Assembly (NCBI GenBank): GCA_964016885.1
Contig: OZ024750.1
Span: 40,052,001-40,116,000 of the forward strand
Origin: Eledone cirrhosa
Taxonomy: Eukaryota
DNA: 64,000 nucleotides
Direction of reading: 5' to 3'
Shown here: piece by piece, positions 11,987 through 26,700 of the stretch
Position numbering within the stretch: position 1 is the first letter of the stretch
Layout: every line of letters starts with the position of its first letter
Position numbers and translations under genes: made by a program
The notes under the pieces: model-generated
Told to the model about the DNA's origin: nothing
Databases searched by the model: none
Seen by the model: only the letters and a program-made list of their open reading frames with translations

Positions 11987-12186
11987 NNNNNNNNNNNNNN
12001 NNNNNNNNNNNNNNNNNNNNNNNNNNNNNNNNNNNNNNNNNNNNNNNNNNNNNNNNNNNNNNNNNNNNNNNNNNNNNNNNNNNNNNNNNNNNNNNNNNNN
12101 NNNNNNNNNNNNNNNNNNNNNNNNNNNNNNNNNNNNNNNNNNNNNNNNNNNNNNNNNNNNNNNNNNNNNNNNNNNNNNNNNNNNNN
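11987..12186. other. Assembly gap (200 N)
   Basis: Run of n. The round length suggests a scaffolding placeholder. Confidence 0.98.
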
Positions 12187-13905
12187 TGGTCAGTCCACCC
12201 ACTGGGGTGTGTCTGGTCAGTCCACCCGCTGGGGTGTGTCTGGTCAGTCCACCCACTGGGGTGTGTCTGGTCAGTCCACCCACTGGGGTGTGTCTCCATG
12301 GTCAGTCCACCAGCTGGGGTGTGTCTGGTCAGTCCACCCACTGGGGTGTGTCTCCATGGTCAGTCCACCAGCTGGGGTGTGTCTGGTCAGTCCACCAGTT
12401 GGGGTGTGTCTGGTCAGTCCACCCACTGGGGTGTGTCTCCATGGTCAGTCCACCAGTTGGGGTGTGTCTGGTCAGTCCACCAGCTGGGGTGTGTCTGGTC
12501 AGTCCACCCACTGGGGTGTGTCTGGTCAGTCCACCAGCTGGGGTGTGTCTGGTCAGTCCACCAGCTGGGGTGTGTCTGGTCAGTCCACCAGCTGGGGTGT
12601 GTCTCCATGGTCAGTCCACCAGCTGGGGTGTGTCTGGTCAGTCCACCAGCTGGGGTGTGTCTGGTCAGTCCACCAGCTGGGGTGTGTCTCCATGGTCAGT
12701 CCACCAGCTGGGGTGTGTCTGGTCAGTCCACCCACTGGGGTGTGTCTGGTCAGTCCACCAGCTGGGGTGTGTCTCCATGGTCAGTCCACCAGCTGGGGTG
12801 TGTCTGATCAGTCCACCCAGTCCATCAGCTGGGGTGTGTCTCCATGGTCAGTCCACCCACTGGGGTGTGTCTGGTCAGTTCACCCAGCTGGGGTGTGTCT
12901 GGCCAGTCCACCAGCTGGGGTGTGTCTGGTCAGTCCACTGACCAACCAACCAACCATCCATCCCACTGGGGTGTGTCTCCATGGTCAGTCCACCCACTGG
13001 GGTGTGTCTGGTCAGTCCACCAATTGGGGTGTGTCTTCATGGTCAGTCCACCCAGTCGGGGTGTGTCTAGCCAGTCCACCCACTGAGGTGTGTCTCCATG
13101 GTCAATCCACCAGCTGGGGTCTGTCTGGTCAGTCCACCCAGCTGGGGTGTGTCTGGTCAGTTCACCCAGCTGGGGTGTGTCTCGCCAGTCCACCAGCTGG
13201 GGTATGTCTCCATGGTCAGTCCATCCAGCTGGGGTGTGTCTTCATGGTCAGTCCATCCAGCTGGGGTGTGTCGGGTCAGTCCACCAGCTGGGGTCTGTCT
13301 GGTCAGCCTACCAGCTGGGGTGTCTTCATGGTCAGTCCATCCAGCTGGGGTGTGTCTCCATGGTCAGTCCACCAGCTGGGGTGTGTCTGGTCAGTCCACC
13401 ATCTGGGGTGTGTCTCCATGCAGTCTACCATGTCTGGTCAGTCCACCAGCTGGGGTGTGACTCCATGCAGGCTACCATGTCTGGTCAGTCCACCAGCTGG
13501 GGTGTGACTCCATGCAGGCTACCATGTCTGGTCAGTCCACCAGCTGGGGTGTGTCTCCATGCAGTCTACCATGTCTGGTCAGTCCACCAGCTGGGGTGTG
13601 ACTCCATGCAGTCTACCATGTCTGGTCAGTCCACCAGCTGGGGTGTGACTCCATGCAGTCTACCATGTCTGGTCAGTCCACCCAGCTGGGGTGTGTCTCC
13701 ATGCAGGCTACCATGTCTGGTCAGTCCACCCAGCTGGGGTGTGTCTCCATGCAGGCTACCATGTCTGGTCAGTCCACCCAGCTGGGGTGTGTCTCCATGC
13801 AGGCTACCATGTCTGGTCAGTCCACCCAGCTGGGGTGTGTCTCCATGCAGGCTACCATGTCTGGTCAGTCCACCCAGCTGGGGTATGTCTGGTCAGTCCA
13901 CCCGC
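12187..13905. repeat. 27-46-bp GC-rich minisatellite
   Basis: Core tggtcagtccaccagctggggtgtgtc with tcca and tccatgcaggctaccatg insertion variants. Confidence 0.95.
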
Positions 13906-14139
13906 TGACTTGCAGCTTGACCCACACTCACTGCAAATGTACCGCGGAGGGTGTCGTGGTAGAACCATCTCACATGTAACTTAATTTCTCCCTGTCTCGT
14001 GTGATTTCAAAGGGTTACAAAAACCAGCTCGTGTTAGAAGAACTCATACCCATACGTTGGACCTCAGTTCCTACTGGATTATTGGAGGAATTGCACTTGG
14101 GTCCTGCTTACGAAGTGAACGTTTCAAAATAGCATGCTC

Positions 14140-14500
14140 CACTCGCCTTTTCTCAATGACATCTTATCCATATTTGATGATCTTTCTCCATGATGTACGG
14201 CCTTCAGCCAATCTCTCCCAGTTCTCCATATCTATCTTCAGAACTTTAAGATTGTCTTTAAGACATCCTTAAACCGCTTCTATGGTTTATACTGCGGCAT
14301 TTCCCCTCTGGTCAGCTCCCTATAAAATAGCTATTTAGGCAGCCTTCCACCCTCCATCCTCTCCTCAATACTGGTGCTACCCGCTTTCTCAAGTACCGCA
14401 GCATCTGGTATGTAAGAGGACCACTTGATGTTCAGGATACGTCGGATACAATACTGCAGAAACCTCTCCATCTGTTTGATGTGATGCCTGTAAATTGTCG
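14140..14500 (-). mobile_element. Degenerate RTE LINE RT C-terminal fragment
   Basis: IYRHHIKQMERFLQYCIRRILNIKW...VLEKAGSTSIEE...RLPK. Confidence 0.75.
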
Positions 14501-14748
14501 ATGTAAGGGGACATAACTCTATGCTACCAAACATGGTGTCCGACGCTCTACTGACACTGCCGATCCTCCACCCTAGACGGAATGTTAATAATATTTAGTG
14601 TGGAATTCTCGCTTATGTTAATCTTTATGTTGACCTTTATCCTTAGATATAATTTAGCTTCATTTTGTCTCTTTTAATAAATATTGGGGCAAAAGTTCAA
14701 ACATTAGATTAAGTACCTTTAACATACGTGTAGTGTGTGTGTGTGTGG

Positions 14749-14805
<57 letters not shown>

Positions 14806-14806
<1 letters not shown>

Positions 14807-17319
14807 TAGCAGAAGTACCCGGCGTTCCCCGGGTGTAAGTCGACCTTTGGTCTGTTAGAATGTGTGAAAGTTACTTCCCGCGCATCACAGGTTCAAAACT
14901 TCGAACTTCAATGGAAAAAAATAGGTTAGTAGACACAGGTGTGTAATTTATTAATTGTAGTTACACAGTGTATCGTTGAAATTGTTCTCTGCACGACTGA
15001 CGGAAGTCAAAATCGCTTGATATTGAATGTTCAGTTAATTTAAAGCAGGGTGAAAATGTCGATTACTTTCAGGGTTTTCTTTTACAATTTTTGCGCTCAC
15101 ATGTGCAGAAGAAGAATTAAAAGGGCCTTTATCTTAACCGCGGCATAATGGCGAGTCTTTTGTGACAGTTTTCAAGAATATAGGACGTTCCTGTAAAAAG
15201 TTTTCCCATGTGTAACTTTGCCTTGTTTTTTTGCGCAAAGTCGAGCCCCGCTTCAGTTTTATTGATTTTTTACATCAATGCGTGATCTCTGAAGTAGATT
15301 TGATTAGCTAAAAACCTGTCCCGGTAAATTTGCTATAGGTGAAAAAAAGTTGATCAAAATTGTATCTAGGGTTATTGCCCTTTGCCACAGCCTCAAGCCT
15401 CGTCTGACGGGATGTTGGTGATTCCTCCGTCAGCGCTTGTTGGCGACGAAGGCGAACATCAGCAAGCCTTGTCGTACGTGATGTTGGTGACTCAACCAGC
15501 CGGGAAAGACGTCTATCAGCGAGTCGAGATTCGCGCTCAGCAGGTGTTTCCTAGAGAAAATTAATTAATTCTACTGGTTAGCTAAGCCAATGGCAGTGTC
15601 AATAGTAAATGAGAAAAGTCTAACATGAACAAAAGGGAATCAAGGTAAGACAATAAATTTAATATAACTACGATTAGAATGTTGTAGTTGCTTAAAAGTG
15701 GTGACAGTTAGGATAAACGCAGTACTTGCTAACATTAAGGGACAATATTGCATAAAGGATTAATCAATTGTGAATGAACTCATACCTGAGAACGCCTAAT
15801 TCGTTGTCTCAAAGCAATAGCTGTACCTTTTTTTGGAGGTAAGTCTTGAACGTTTCCGTGTGGGCATAACGACGTGTAACGAAGCTGTTAGGTTAGAGAG
15901 AGGTGATTAAATACAGAGAGAGATGACACCAGATTCGTTAGCATGGTTACTGGTGAATGGGAAGGTTTGGAAATATGATTACAATAACTTACCGAATTTT
16001 CCCGTCTATAAATTGCACTTAAAATAATTAAATTTAATAAAAAAAAAAGCTCTGCGCTTTATACTCCGGTGAGCCTTATGTATAAATAATACAATGGTAA
16101 TCAATCACGGCTCTAACAGAAGTAATAGATCTAGACTAAAAGTAAAGAAGATAGCATTTTCTGGTTGGCCTTACACGCCGTTGCGCGGACCTGATTTTAA
16201 ATGATACGCCTTATATCCTGGTGAGCCTTATAGAGCGGAAAATATCTATTGGAAAAGAATACGAATTCATGACCAAGGTGTGACAAAATAGGCGTCTATA
16301 CAGCGCCTGAAACAAACTTGTCCAAAACCCTAGGATTTTTCTCGTTAAGTATCCACCCAAAAGGAACCGTTTTTTAGTTACAAAAAATAACCAAAGTGTA
16401 TAGTAGCTATATTTCTGACATATCATGCCAAAAAGAACAACATATTCAAAAAATGTTCTAAAGTACATTCAATCTCTCTTTTTGACCGATATCTTAATAA
16501 GCAAGTTATCGATTTTTTATTGGCTGTCAGTGTCTATCTGCATGCAGGTGTGCACGTGTGCGCAATTAATTGCAAATACGCTCATAACATTTAGTCGTAA
16601 GCAGAACAAAAAATGCCATTAGAGGTGGGCTAATAATGAAGACACAAACCCTGGTGAACTTACGTTTAAACACCCGAAAAGTTACTCACTTCCTGTGCAA
16701 AAGACTGTATTATAAATTAAGTAATTTTTTAGAATCTTTTGTTTAAAAAAGGAAAACATTGGTACAACGTAAATTTTTTTACTTGTATTGTATGTGTACA
16801 ATACAACTTGGTCAACGTATTATTTAGTAGTTTTTTTTTCAAAAAGCATGATTATTTAAGACTGTTTGAAAATTTACTCACAGCTTTTAGGTTCACAAAA
16901 GACACCATTAAATTTGGTTCCCTTTTCAGATAGGGATAATACTGTATTTCCACTTGAATAAGGTGGAATATGAAAAGAAACTCTTTAATGGTCGGTCGTT
17001 TACTGAGACAGCTGGGAAGACATGCAGCTGGCCGTCCAATCAATAACGCACGTCCTTATATGGGCATATGAAATTTATTTTTATTGCGCCAGATGTAAAC
17101 TAAGAGTTCTTGTGTTCGAATTCACATAAAATTTCATTGGAATCGAAAAACATTCTGTCATAGGGCCCGATTATCGATTTTTCGAAAATTTCAAGTAGCC
17201 TATTCCACTCTACGCGTTGAGTTTTATATATGTGTGAGGTTTCATGAAAATTGGATGAACGGTGTAGCAGCCAAGTTCGGTACACTAAACAATGTCCATC
17301 TTCCCTTTATATATATAGA
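14806..17319 (-). mobile_element. Non-autonomous Helitron (~2.5 kb)
   Basis: Minus strand starts TCtatatatataaaggg and ends with hairpin cccggggaacgccggg, then tacttctgCTAG. Inserted at A|T next to (TA)n. Confidence 0.7.
15990..16248. mobile_element. pogo/Tc1-type MITE nested in the Helitron
   Basis: Degenerate TIRs taccgaattttcccgtctataa / ttatagagcggaaaatatcta. Confidence 0.55.
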
Positions 17320-17497
17320 TATATAGTATATATATGTATGTGTGTGGTGTGTATAGATTATATATATATATATATCACCTTGACCGACCAGTCTGTCGGG
17401 CGCCAATCGGCGCCGCTGGTCACAGCACGTCGTGCTGTTTTAGCCAATATATAGCCGTCGAAACGGCTTGAGCTCTACCGTCGGGGTCATACTTTTT

Positions 17498-17553
<56 letters not shown>

Positions 17554-17933
17554 GTAGTTTTACGTAAATGTATGTATATTTATCGTAATATAGGGAGCGA
17601 CAATTTTACTATTTCTCTATACAAACCCTGTAAACCTGTGTTGAAAAACATTAAAATATTTACATTCTGCAAGAATCGCTGACATGAATGTCATATTCTT
17701 CATTATAAGAAAGTTGCCCCCGTTCTATAGTAACGTTGAATTTGAGACGAGATTAGTTCTGATGACGGGTTTGAGTCTGTCGTTGAAGATTTTGTAGTTG
17801 ATAGCGACCCATTTTCGGCCATTTTATCAACAGGATATAGCTGAAATATGTTCCATGGAAATGTAGAATTTTTCCCACGTTCTTTTAACTGTATTTTATG
17901 AAATGTAAACTGGCTGGTCTACTATTTTTTTAG

Positions 17934-18280
17934 GGCGTGGGATTAACAGTATTGGTAGATGGTCGGACGCCATGCTTTGCAGTATAAACATACGACCCTT
18001 TAGGTCTGAGTCCAAATCCCGCCGAGGTCAGCTTTGCCTTTCATCATTACAGAGTCGATAAAATAAAGTACCAGTAATACACTGGGATAATTGTAGTCTT
18101 GTGCCAAAAGTAGAAACAATCATTTTTTTACTCACGCGACCCTTCACGTTCGGAGTTCAAATCTCGCCAAAGTTAGCTTTGCTTTTAATCCTTATGGGGG
18201 GGGGGGGGATAAAATAAAGTACCAGTAATGTACTGTGTTCGAGTTAATCGGCTTTCCTTTTCCCCCAAAATTGTTGACAC
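17934..18280 (+). mobile_element. Two tandem Meta-SINE copies
   Basis: Consensus B-box, Meta and tail motifs occur twice. Confidence 0.7.
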
Positions 18281-19019
18281 CATTAATTTTACTGAAATAA
18301 GGTGGTGGGGTGGGAGTGGGGGATTGTCAGCAGCACCACCACCACCACCAACGCTACAACAATGGTGGTTAAAATAAAACGCACACACATATGCACATAC
18401 ACACAGCACACACATATACACATACACGTTTAAATAAAATGACAAAAAATAAATCAATTGACGATTGTATAAATAACTTTAGAAATAATGCTGGAAATAT
18501 GATAGAAAAAGAATGAAAAGAAAATGAAGAGACGGGGTAAAGAAGGACAGACGCAACTATAGGAAGATAAAGGAAAGAGCTATGAAGGCCATAAATGAGA
18601 GAAGAAGGAAGAGGGTGCAAGGACAGAGGTTGGTGAGAGAGATTGGAGCTGGTGGTCGTGATGGTTTGACAATTGTTCTCCTGTACTTAGTGATTGCTGA
18701 CATGCTTGGGGTACTAACAAGGTTATCGATGCAGTTTGTGTATGAGGTTGTTATATTTGGGCAGATCAGGTGAGATATATGCTATATTTAGGACAATACA
18801 AACTGTTTTACATATATTACAAACATTGTGGGCGTTTGGGCGCGATTCTATATACTGTGGTTGCAGCTTACTATGACAATAAAATATGTCTCGGGCGATC
18901 TAACATGGGATCCTTTGCATTGTTGCTCGACTAGCTAAAATTAGCAGCCAAAGCTCCCTTAAATCACACCCTACTGTCTTAAATAAAGGAGACTTTAGAA
19001 AATGTAGACCTTAACCTAG

Positions 19020-20600
19020 GCCGAACTTTCATCTGCTGTGGCCCTCTAGCGGATCCTATGAGAAGCAACAGTCTCCAACTAATCCGGCTGGATCCCCAAG
19101 TGTGACCAGCCAAACTCATGGATGTTATCCAACCATCTTGCTCGGTGTCTACTTCTGGGTTTCCTGCCTGTTGGTTTTGTAAGTAAAATCGCTGTTCAGC
19201 AATTCTTTCCTGAAACATTCTAACCACATAGCCACAGTATCAGAGCTGTGATCTCTCAATTCAGAGAAGTAGCTGCTCTACCTGGAGTGACTCTCTGATC
19301 TTTGAGCTACAAATCTGTTCAGCAATTCTTTCCTGAAACATTCTAACCACATGCCCACAGTATCAGAGCTGTGATCTCTCAATTCAGAGAAGTAGCAGCT
19401 CTACCTCGAGTGACTCTCTGATCTTTGAGCTACAAATCTGTCCAGCAATTCTTTCCTGAAACATTCTAACCACATGCCCATAGTATCAGAGCTGTGATCT
19501 CTCAATTCAGAGAAGTAGCAGCTCTACCTGGAGTGACTCTCTGATCTTTGAGCTACAAATCTGTCCAGCAATTCTTTCCTGAAACATTCTAACCACATGC
19601 CCACAGTATCAGAGCTGTGATCTCTCAATTCAGAGAAGTAGCAGCTCTACCTGGAGTGACTCTCTGATCTTTGAGCTACAAATCTGTCCAGCAATTCTTT
19701 CCTGAAACATTCTAACCACATGTCCATAGTATCGGAGCTGTGATCTCTCAGTTTGGAGAAGTAGCAGCTCTACCTCGAGTGACTCTCTGATCTTTGAGCT
19801 ACAAATCTGTCCAGCAATTCTTTCCTGAAACATTCTAACCACATGCCCATAGTATCAGAGCTGTGATCTCTCAATTCAGAGAAGTAGCAGCTCTACCTGG
19901 AGTGACTCTCTGATCTTTGAGCTACAAATCTGTCCAGCAATTCTTTCCTGAAACATTCTAACCACATGCCCACAGTATCAGAGCTGTGATCTCTCAATTC
20001 AGAGAAGTATCAGCTCTACCTGGAGTGACTCTCTGATCTTTGAGCTACAAATCTGTCCAGCAATTCTTTCCTGAAACATTCTAACCACATGTCCATAGTA
20101 TCGGAGCTGTGATCTCTCAGTTTGGAGAAGTAGCAGCTCTACCTCGAGTGACTCTCTGATCTTTGAGCTACAAATCTGTCCAGCAATTCTTTCCTGAAAC
20201 ATTCTAACCACATGCCCACAGTATCAGAGCTGTGATCTCTCAATTCAGAGAAGTAGCAGCTCTACCTGGAGTGACTCTCTGATCTTTGAGCTACAAATCT
20301 GTCCAGCAATTCTTTCCTGAAACATTCTAACCACATGTCCATAGTATCGGAGCTGTGATCTCTCAGTTTGGAGAAGTAGCAGCTCTACCTGGAGTGACTC
20401 TCTGATCTTTGAGCTACAAATCTGTCCAGCAATTCTTTCCTGAAACATTCTAACCACATGCCCATAGTACCGGAGCTGTGATCCCTCAATTCGGAGAAAT
20501 AACAGCTCTACCTGAAGATACTCTGATAACTTTATCGAGTAACGTTATTCCAAAGACCAATCGGAGGAATCCCATTTCATCTACTTATATTCGCGATCGT
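19020..20600 (-). mobile_element. RTE LINE 3' fragment with an internal 123-bp tandem expansion (~11 copies, ~19190-20515)
   Basis: The unit translates KIRESLQVELLLL.IERSQLRYYGHVVRMFQERIA, matching the RTE LRWxGHVxRM motif. The unique RTE 3' end follows and is homologous to 38190-38325. Confidence 0.85.
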
Positions 20601-20721
20601 ATTCTTTCGGTTATTACAAATTATATTCTTTTAAACAACCAACATCAATAGCACTTTATTTCATCAATCCCCTCCACCACCGCCACCACCAGAATTTATC
20701 CACAGATAAAATCGATCTTGG

Positions 20722-23700
20722 GATGATCATTGTATGGGTCTGGCATGGGCAACCTATGATCATAGTATGGGTCTGACATGGGCAACCTATGATCAGAGTA
20801 TGGGTCTGACATAGGCAACCTATGATCAGTGTATGGGTCTGACATGGGCAACCTATGATCAGTGTATGGGTCTCACATGGGCAACCTATGATCATTGTAT
20901 GGGTCTGACATGGGCAACCTATGATCAGTGTATGGGTCTGACATGGGCAACCTATGACCATTGTATGGGTCTGACATGGGCAACCTACAATCATTGTATG
21001 GGTCTCACATGGACAACCTATGATCATTGTATGGGTCTCACATGGGCAACCTATGATCATTGTATGGGTCTGACATGGGCAACCTATGATCATGGTATGG
21101 GTCTGACATGGGCAACCTATGATCATTGTATGGGTCTGACATGGGCAACTTATGATCAGTGTATGGGTCTGACATGGGCAACCTTTGATCATTGTATGGG
21201 TCTCACATGGGCAACCTATGATCATTGTATGGGTCTCACATGGGCAACCTATGATCATTGTATGGGTCTGACATGGACAACCTTTGATCATTGTATGGGT
21301 CTCACATGGGCAACCTATGATCATTGTATGGGTCTCACATGGGCAACCTATGATCATTGTATGGGTCTAATATGGGCAACCTATGATCATTGTATTGGTC
21401 TGACATGGGCAACCTATGATCATTGTATTGGTCTGACATGGGCAACCTTTGATCATTGTATGGGTCTGACATGGGCAACCTATGATCATTTAATGGGTCT
21501 CACATGGGTAACCTATGATCCTGGTATGGGTCTCATATAGGCAACCTATGATCATTGTATTGCTCTCACATGGGCAACCTATGATCATTGTATGGGTCTG
21601 ACATGGGCAACCTATATCATTGTATGGGTCTGACATGGGCAACCTATGATCATTGTATTGGTCTGACATGGGCAACCTATGATCATTGTATGGGTCTGAC
21701 ATGGACAACTTATGATCAGTGTATGGGTCTGACATGGGCGACCTATGATCATTGTATGGGTCTCACATGGGCAACCTATGATCATTGTATGGGTCTCACA
21801 TGGGCAACTTATGATCAGTGTATGGGTCTGACATGGGCAACCTATGATCATTGTATGTGTCTCACATGGGCGACCTATGATCATTGTATGGGTCTCACAT
21901 GGGCAACTTATGATCAGTGTATGGGTCTGACATGGGCAACCTATGATCATTGTATGGGTCTCACATGGGCAACCTATGATCAGTGTATGGGTCTGACATG
22001 GGCAACCTATGATCATTGTATGGGTCTCACATGGGCAACCTATGATCATTGTATGGGTCTAACATGGGCAACCTATGATCATTGTATGGGTCTCACATGG
22101 GCAACCTATGATCATTGTATTGGTCTGACATGGGCAACCTATGATCAGTGTATGGGTCTGACATGGGCAACCTATGATCATTGTATGGGTCTGACATGGG
22201 CAACCTATGATCAGTGTATGGGTCTGACATAGGCAACCTATGATCAGTGTATGGGTCTGACATGGGCAACCTATGATCAGTGTATGGGTCTGACATGGGT
22301 AACCTATGATCATTGTATGGGTCTGGCATGGACAACCTATGATCAGTGTATGGGTCTGACATGGACAACTTATGATCATTGTATGGGTCTGACATGGGCA
22401 ACTTATGATCAGTGTATGGGTCTGACATGGGCAACTTATTATCATTGTATTGGTCTGACATGGGCGACCTATGATCATTGTATGGGTCTGACATGGGCGA
22501 CCTATGATCATTGTATGGGTCTGACATGGACAACATATGATCATTGTATGGGTCTGACATGGGCAACCTATGATCATTGTATGGGTCTGACATGGACAAC
22601 TTATGATCATTGTATGGGTCTGACATGGACAACTTATGATCATTGTATGGGTCTCACATGGGCAGCCTATGATCATGGTATGGGTCTGACATGGACAACT
22701 TATGATCATTGTATGGGTCTGACATGGACAACCTATGATCATTGTATGGGTCTCACATGGGCAACTTATGATCAGTGTATGGGTCTGACATGGGTAACCT
22801 ATGATCATTGTATGGGTCTGGCATGGGCAACCTATGATCATTGTATGGGTCTGACATGGGTAACCTATGATCATTGTATGGGTTTGGCATGGACAACCTA
22901 TGATCAGTGTATGGGTCTGACATGGGCAACCTATGATCATTGTATGGGTCTGACATGGGTAACCTATGATCATTGTATGGGTTTGGCATGGACAACCTAT
23001 GATCAGTGTATGGGTCTGACATGGACAACTTATGATCATTGTATGGGTCTCACATGGGCAGCCTATGATCATGGTATGGGTCTGACATGGACAACTTATG
23101 ATCATTGTATGGGTCTGACATGGACAACCTATGATCATTGTATGGGTCTGACATGGGCAAACTATGATCAGTGTATGGGTCTGACATGGGCAACCTATGT
23201 ACAGTGTATGGGTCTGACATGGGCAACCTATGATCATTGTATGGGTCTGACATGGGTAACCTATGATCATTGTATGGGTTTGGCATGGACAACCTATGAT
23301 CAGTGTATGGGTCTGACATGGACAACGTATGATCATTGTATGGGTCTGACATGGGCAACCTATGATCAGTGTATGGGTCTGACATGGGTAAACTATGATC
23401 ATTGTATGGGTCTGACATGGACAACTTATGATCAGTGTATGGGTCTGACATGGGCGACCTATGATCATTGTATGGGTCTCACATGGGCAACCTATGATCA
23501 TTGTATGGGTCTCACATGGGCAACTTATGATCAGTGTATGGGTCTGACATGGGCAACCTATGATCATTGTATGTGTCTCACATGGGCGACCTATGATCAT
23601 TGTATGGGTCTGACATGGGCAACCTATGATCAGTGTATGGGTCTGACATGGGCAACCTATGATCATTGTATGGGTCTCACATGGGCAACCTATGATCATT

Positions 23701-26700
23701 GTATGGGTCTGACATGGGCAACCTATGATCATTGTATGGGTCTCACATGGGCAACCTATGATCATTGTATTGGTCTGACATGGGCAACCTATGATCATTG
23801 TATGGGTCTCACATGGGCAACCTATGATCATTGTATGGGTCTGACATGGGCGACCTATGATCATTGTATGGGTCTGACATGGGCAACTTATGACCATTGT
23901 ATGGGTCTGACATGGGCAACCTATGATCATTGTATGGGTCTCGCATGGACAACCTATCATCATTGTATGGGTCTGACATGGGCAACCTATGATCATTGTA
24001 TGGGTCTCACATGGGCGACCTATGATCATTGTATGGGTCTCACATGGACAACTTATGATCAGTGTATGGGTCTGACATGGGCAACCTATGATCATTGTAT
24101 GGGTCTCACATGGGCAACCTATGATCAGTGTATGGGTCTGACATGGGCAACCTTTGATCATTGTATGGGTCTGACATGGGCAACTTATGATCATTGTATG
24201 GGTCTCACATGGACAACCTATGATCATTGTATGGGTCTCACATGGGCAACCTATGATCAGTGTATGGGTCTGACATGGGCAACCTATGATCATTGTATGG
24301 GTCTCACATGGGCAACCTACAATCATTGTATGGGTCTCACATGGACAACCTATGATCATTGTATGGGTCTCACATGGGCGACCTATGATCATTGTATGGG
24401 TCTCACATGGGCAACCTTTGATCATTGTATGGGTCTCACATGGGCAACCTATGATCATTGTATGGGTCTCACATGGGCAACCTATGATCATTGTATGGGT
24501 CTCACATGGGCAACCTATGATCATTGTATGGGTCTGACATGGGCAACCTATGATCATTGTATGGGTCTGACATGGGCAACTTATGATCAGTGTATGGGTC
24601 TCACATGGGTAACCTATGATCATGGTATGGGTCTCACATGGGCAACCTATGATCAGTGTATGGGTCTGACATGGGCAACCTATGTACAGTGTATGGGTCT
24701 GACATGGGCAACCTATGATCATTGTATGGGTCTGACATGGGTAACCTATGATCATTGTATGGGTCTGGCATGGACAACCTATGATCAGTGTATGGGTCTG
24801 ACATGGAAAACTTATGATCATTGTATGGGTCTGACATGGGCAACTTATGATCAGTGTATGGGTCTGACATGGGTAACCTATGATCATTGTATGGGTCTGG
24901 CATGGACAACCTATGATCATTGTATGGGTCTGACATGGGCAACCTATGATCATTGTATGGGTCTCACATGGGCGACCTATGATCATTGTATGGGTCTCAC
25001 ATGGGCAACTTATGATCAGTGTATGGGTCTCACATGGGCAACCTATGATCATTGTATGGGTCTCACATGGACAACCTATGATCATAGTATGGGTCTCACA
25101 TGGGCAACCTATGATCAGTGTATCGGTCTGACATAGGCAAACTTTGATCATTGTATGGGTCTGACATGGGCAACTTATGATCATTGTATGGGTCTCACAT
25201 GGACAACCTATGATCATTGTATGGGTCTCACATGGGCAACCTATGATCAGTGTATGGGTCTGACATGGGCAACCTATGATCATTGTATGGGTCTCACATG
25301 GTCAACCTATGATCAGTGTATGGGTCTGACATGGGCAACCTATGACCATTGTATGGGTCTGACATGGGCAACCTACAATCATTGTATGGGTCTCACATGG
25401 ACAACCTATGATCATTGTATGGGTCTCACATGGGCAACCTATGATCATTGTATGGGTCTGACATGGGCAACCTATGATCATGGTATGGGTCTGACATGGG
25501 CAACCTATGATCATCGTATGGGTCTGACATGGGCAACTTATGATCAGTGTATGGGTCTGACATGGGCAACCTTTGATCATTGTATGGGTCTCACATGGGC
25601 AACCTATGATCATTGTATGGGTCTCACATGGGCAACCTATGATCATTGTATGGGTCTGACATGGACAACCTTCGATCATTGTATGGGTCTCACATGGGCA
25701 ACCTATGATCATTGTATGGGTCTCACATGGGCAACCTATGATCATTGTATGGGTCTAATATGGGCAACCTATGATCATTGTATTGGTCTGACATGGGCAA
25801 CCTATGATCATTGTATTGGTCTGACATGGGCAACCTTTGATCATTGTATGGGTCTGACATGGGCAACCTATGATCATTTAATGGGTCTCACATGGGTAAC
25901 CTATGATCCTGGTATGGGTCTCATATAGGCAACATATGATCATTGTATTACTCTCACATGGGCAACCTATGATCATTGTATGGGTCTCACATGGGCAACC
26001 TATGATCAGTGTATGGGTCTCACATGGGTAACCTATGATCATGGTATGGGTCTCACATGGGCAACCTATGATCATTGTATTGGTCTGACATGGGCAACCT
26101 ATGATCATTGTATGGGTCTGACATGGACAACTTATGATCATTGTATGGGTCTCACATGGGCAACCTATGATCATTGTATTGGTCTGACATGGGCAACCTA
26201 TGATCATTGTATGGGTCTCACATGGGCAACCTATGATCATTGTATGGGTCTGACATGGGCGACCTATGATCATTGTATGGGTCTGACATGGGCAACTTAT
26301 GACCATTGTATGGGTCTCACATGGGCAACCTATGATCATTGTATGGGTCTGACATGGGCAACCTATGATCATTGTATGGGTCTGACATGGGCAACCTATG
26401 ATCATTGTATGGGTCTGACATGGGCAACCTATGATCATTGTATGGGTCTAATATGGGCAACCTATGATCATTGTATTGCTCTGATTTGGGCAACCTTTGA
26501 TCATTGTATGGGTGACACATGGACAACCTATGATCATTGTATGGGTCTCACATGGGCAACCTATGATCATTGTATGGGTCTCACATGGGTAACCTATGAT
26601 CATTGTATGGGTCTAACATGGGCAACCTATGATCATGGTATGGGTCTCACATGGGCAACCTATGATCATTGTATTGGTCTGACATGGGCAACCTATGATC

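Noticed and set aside
18582-18773. Possible exon (AG...CAG|GTGAG) or hAT transposase remnant IADMLGVLTRLSMQF
   Set aside because: Too short and ambiguous to assign without a search.
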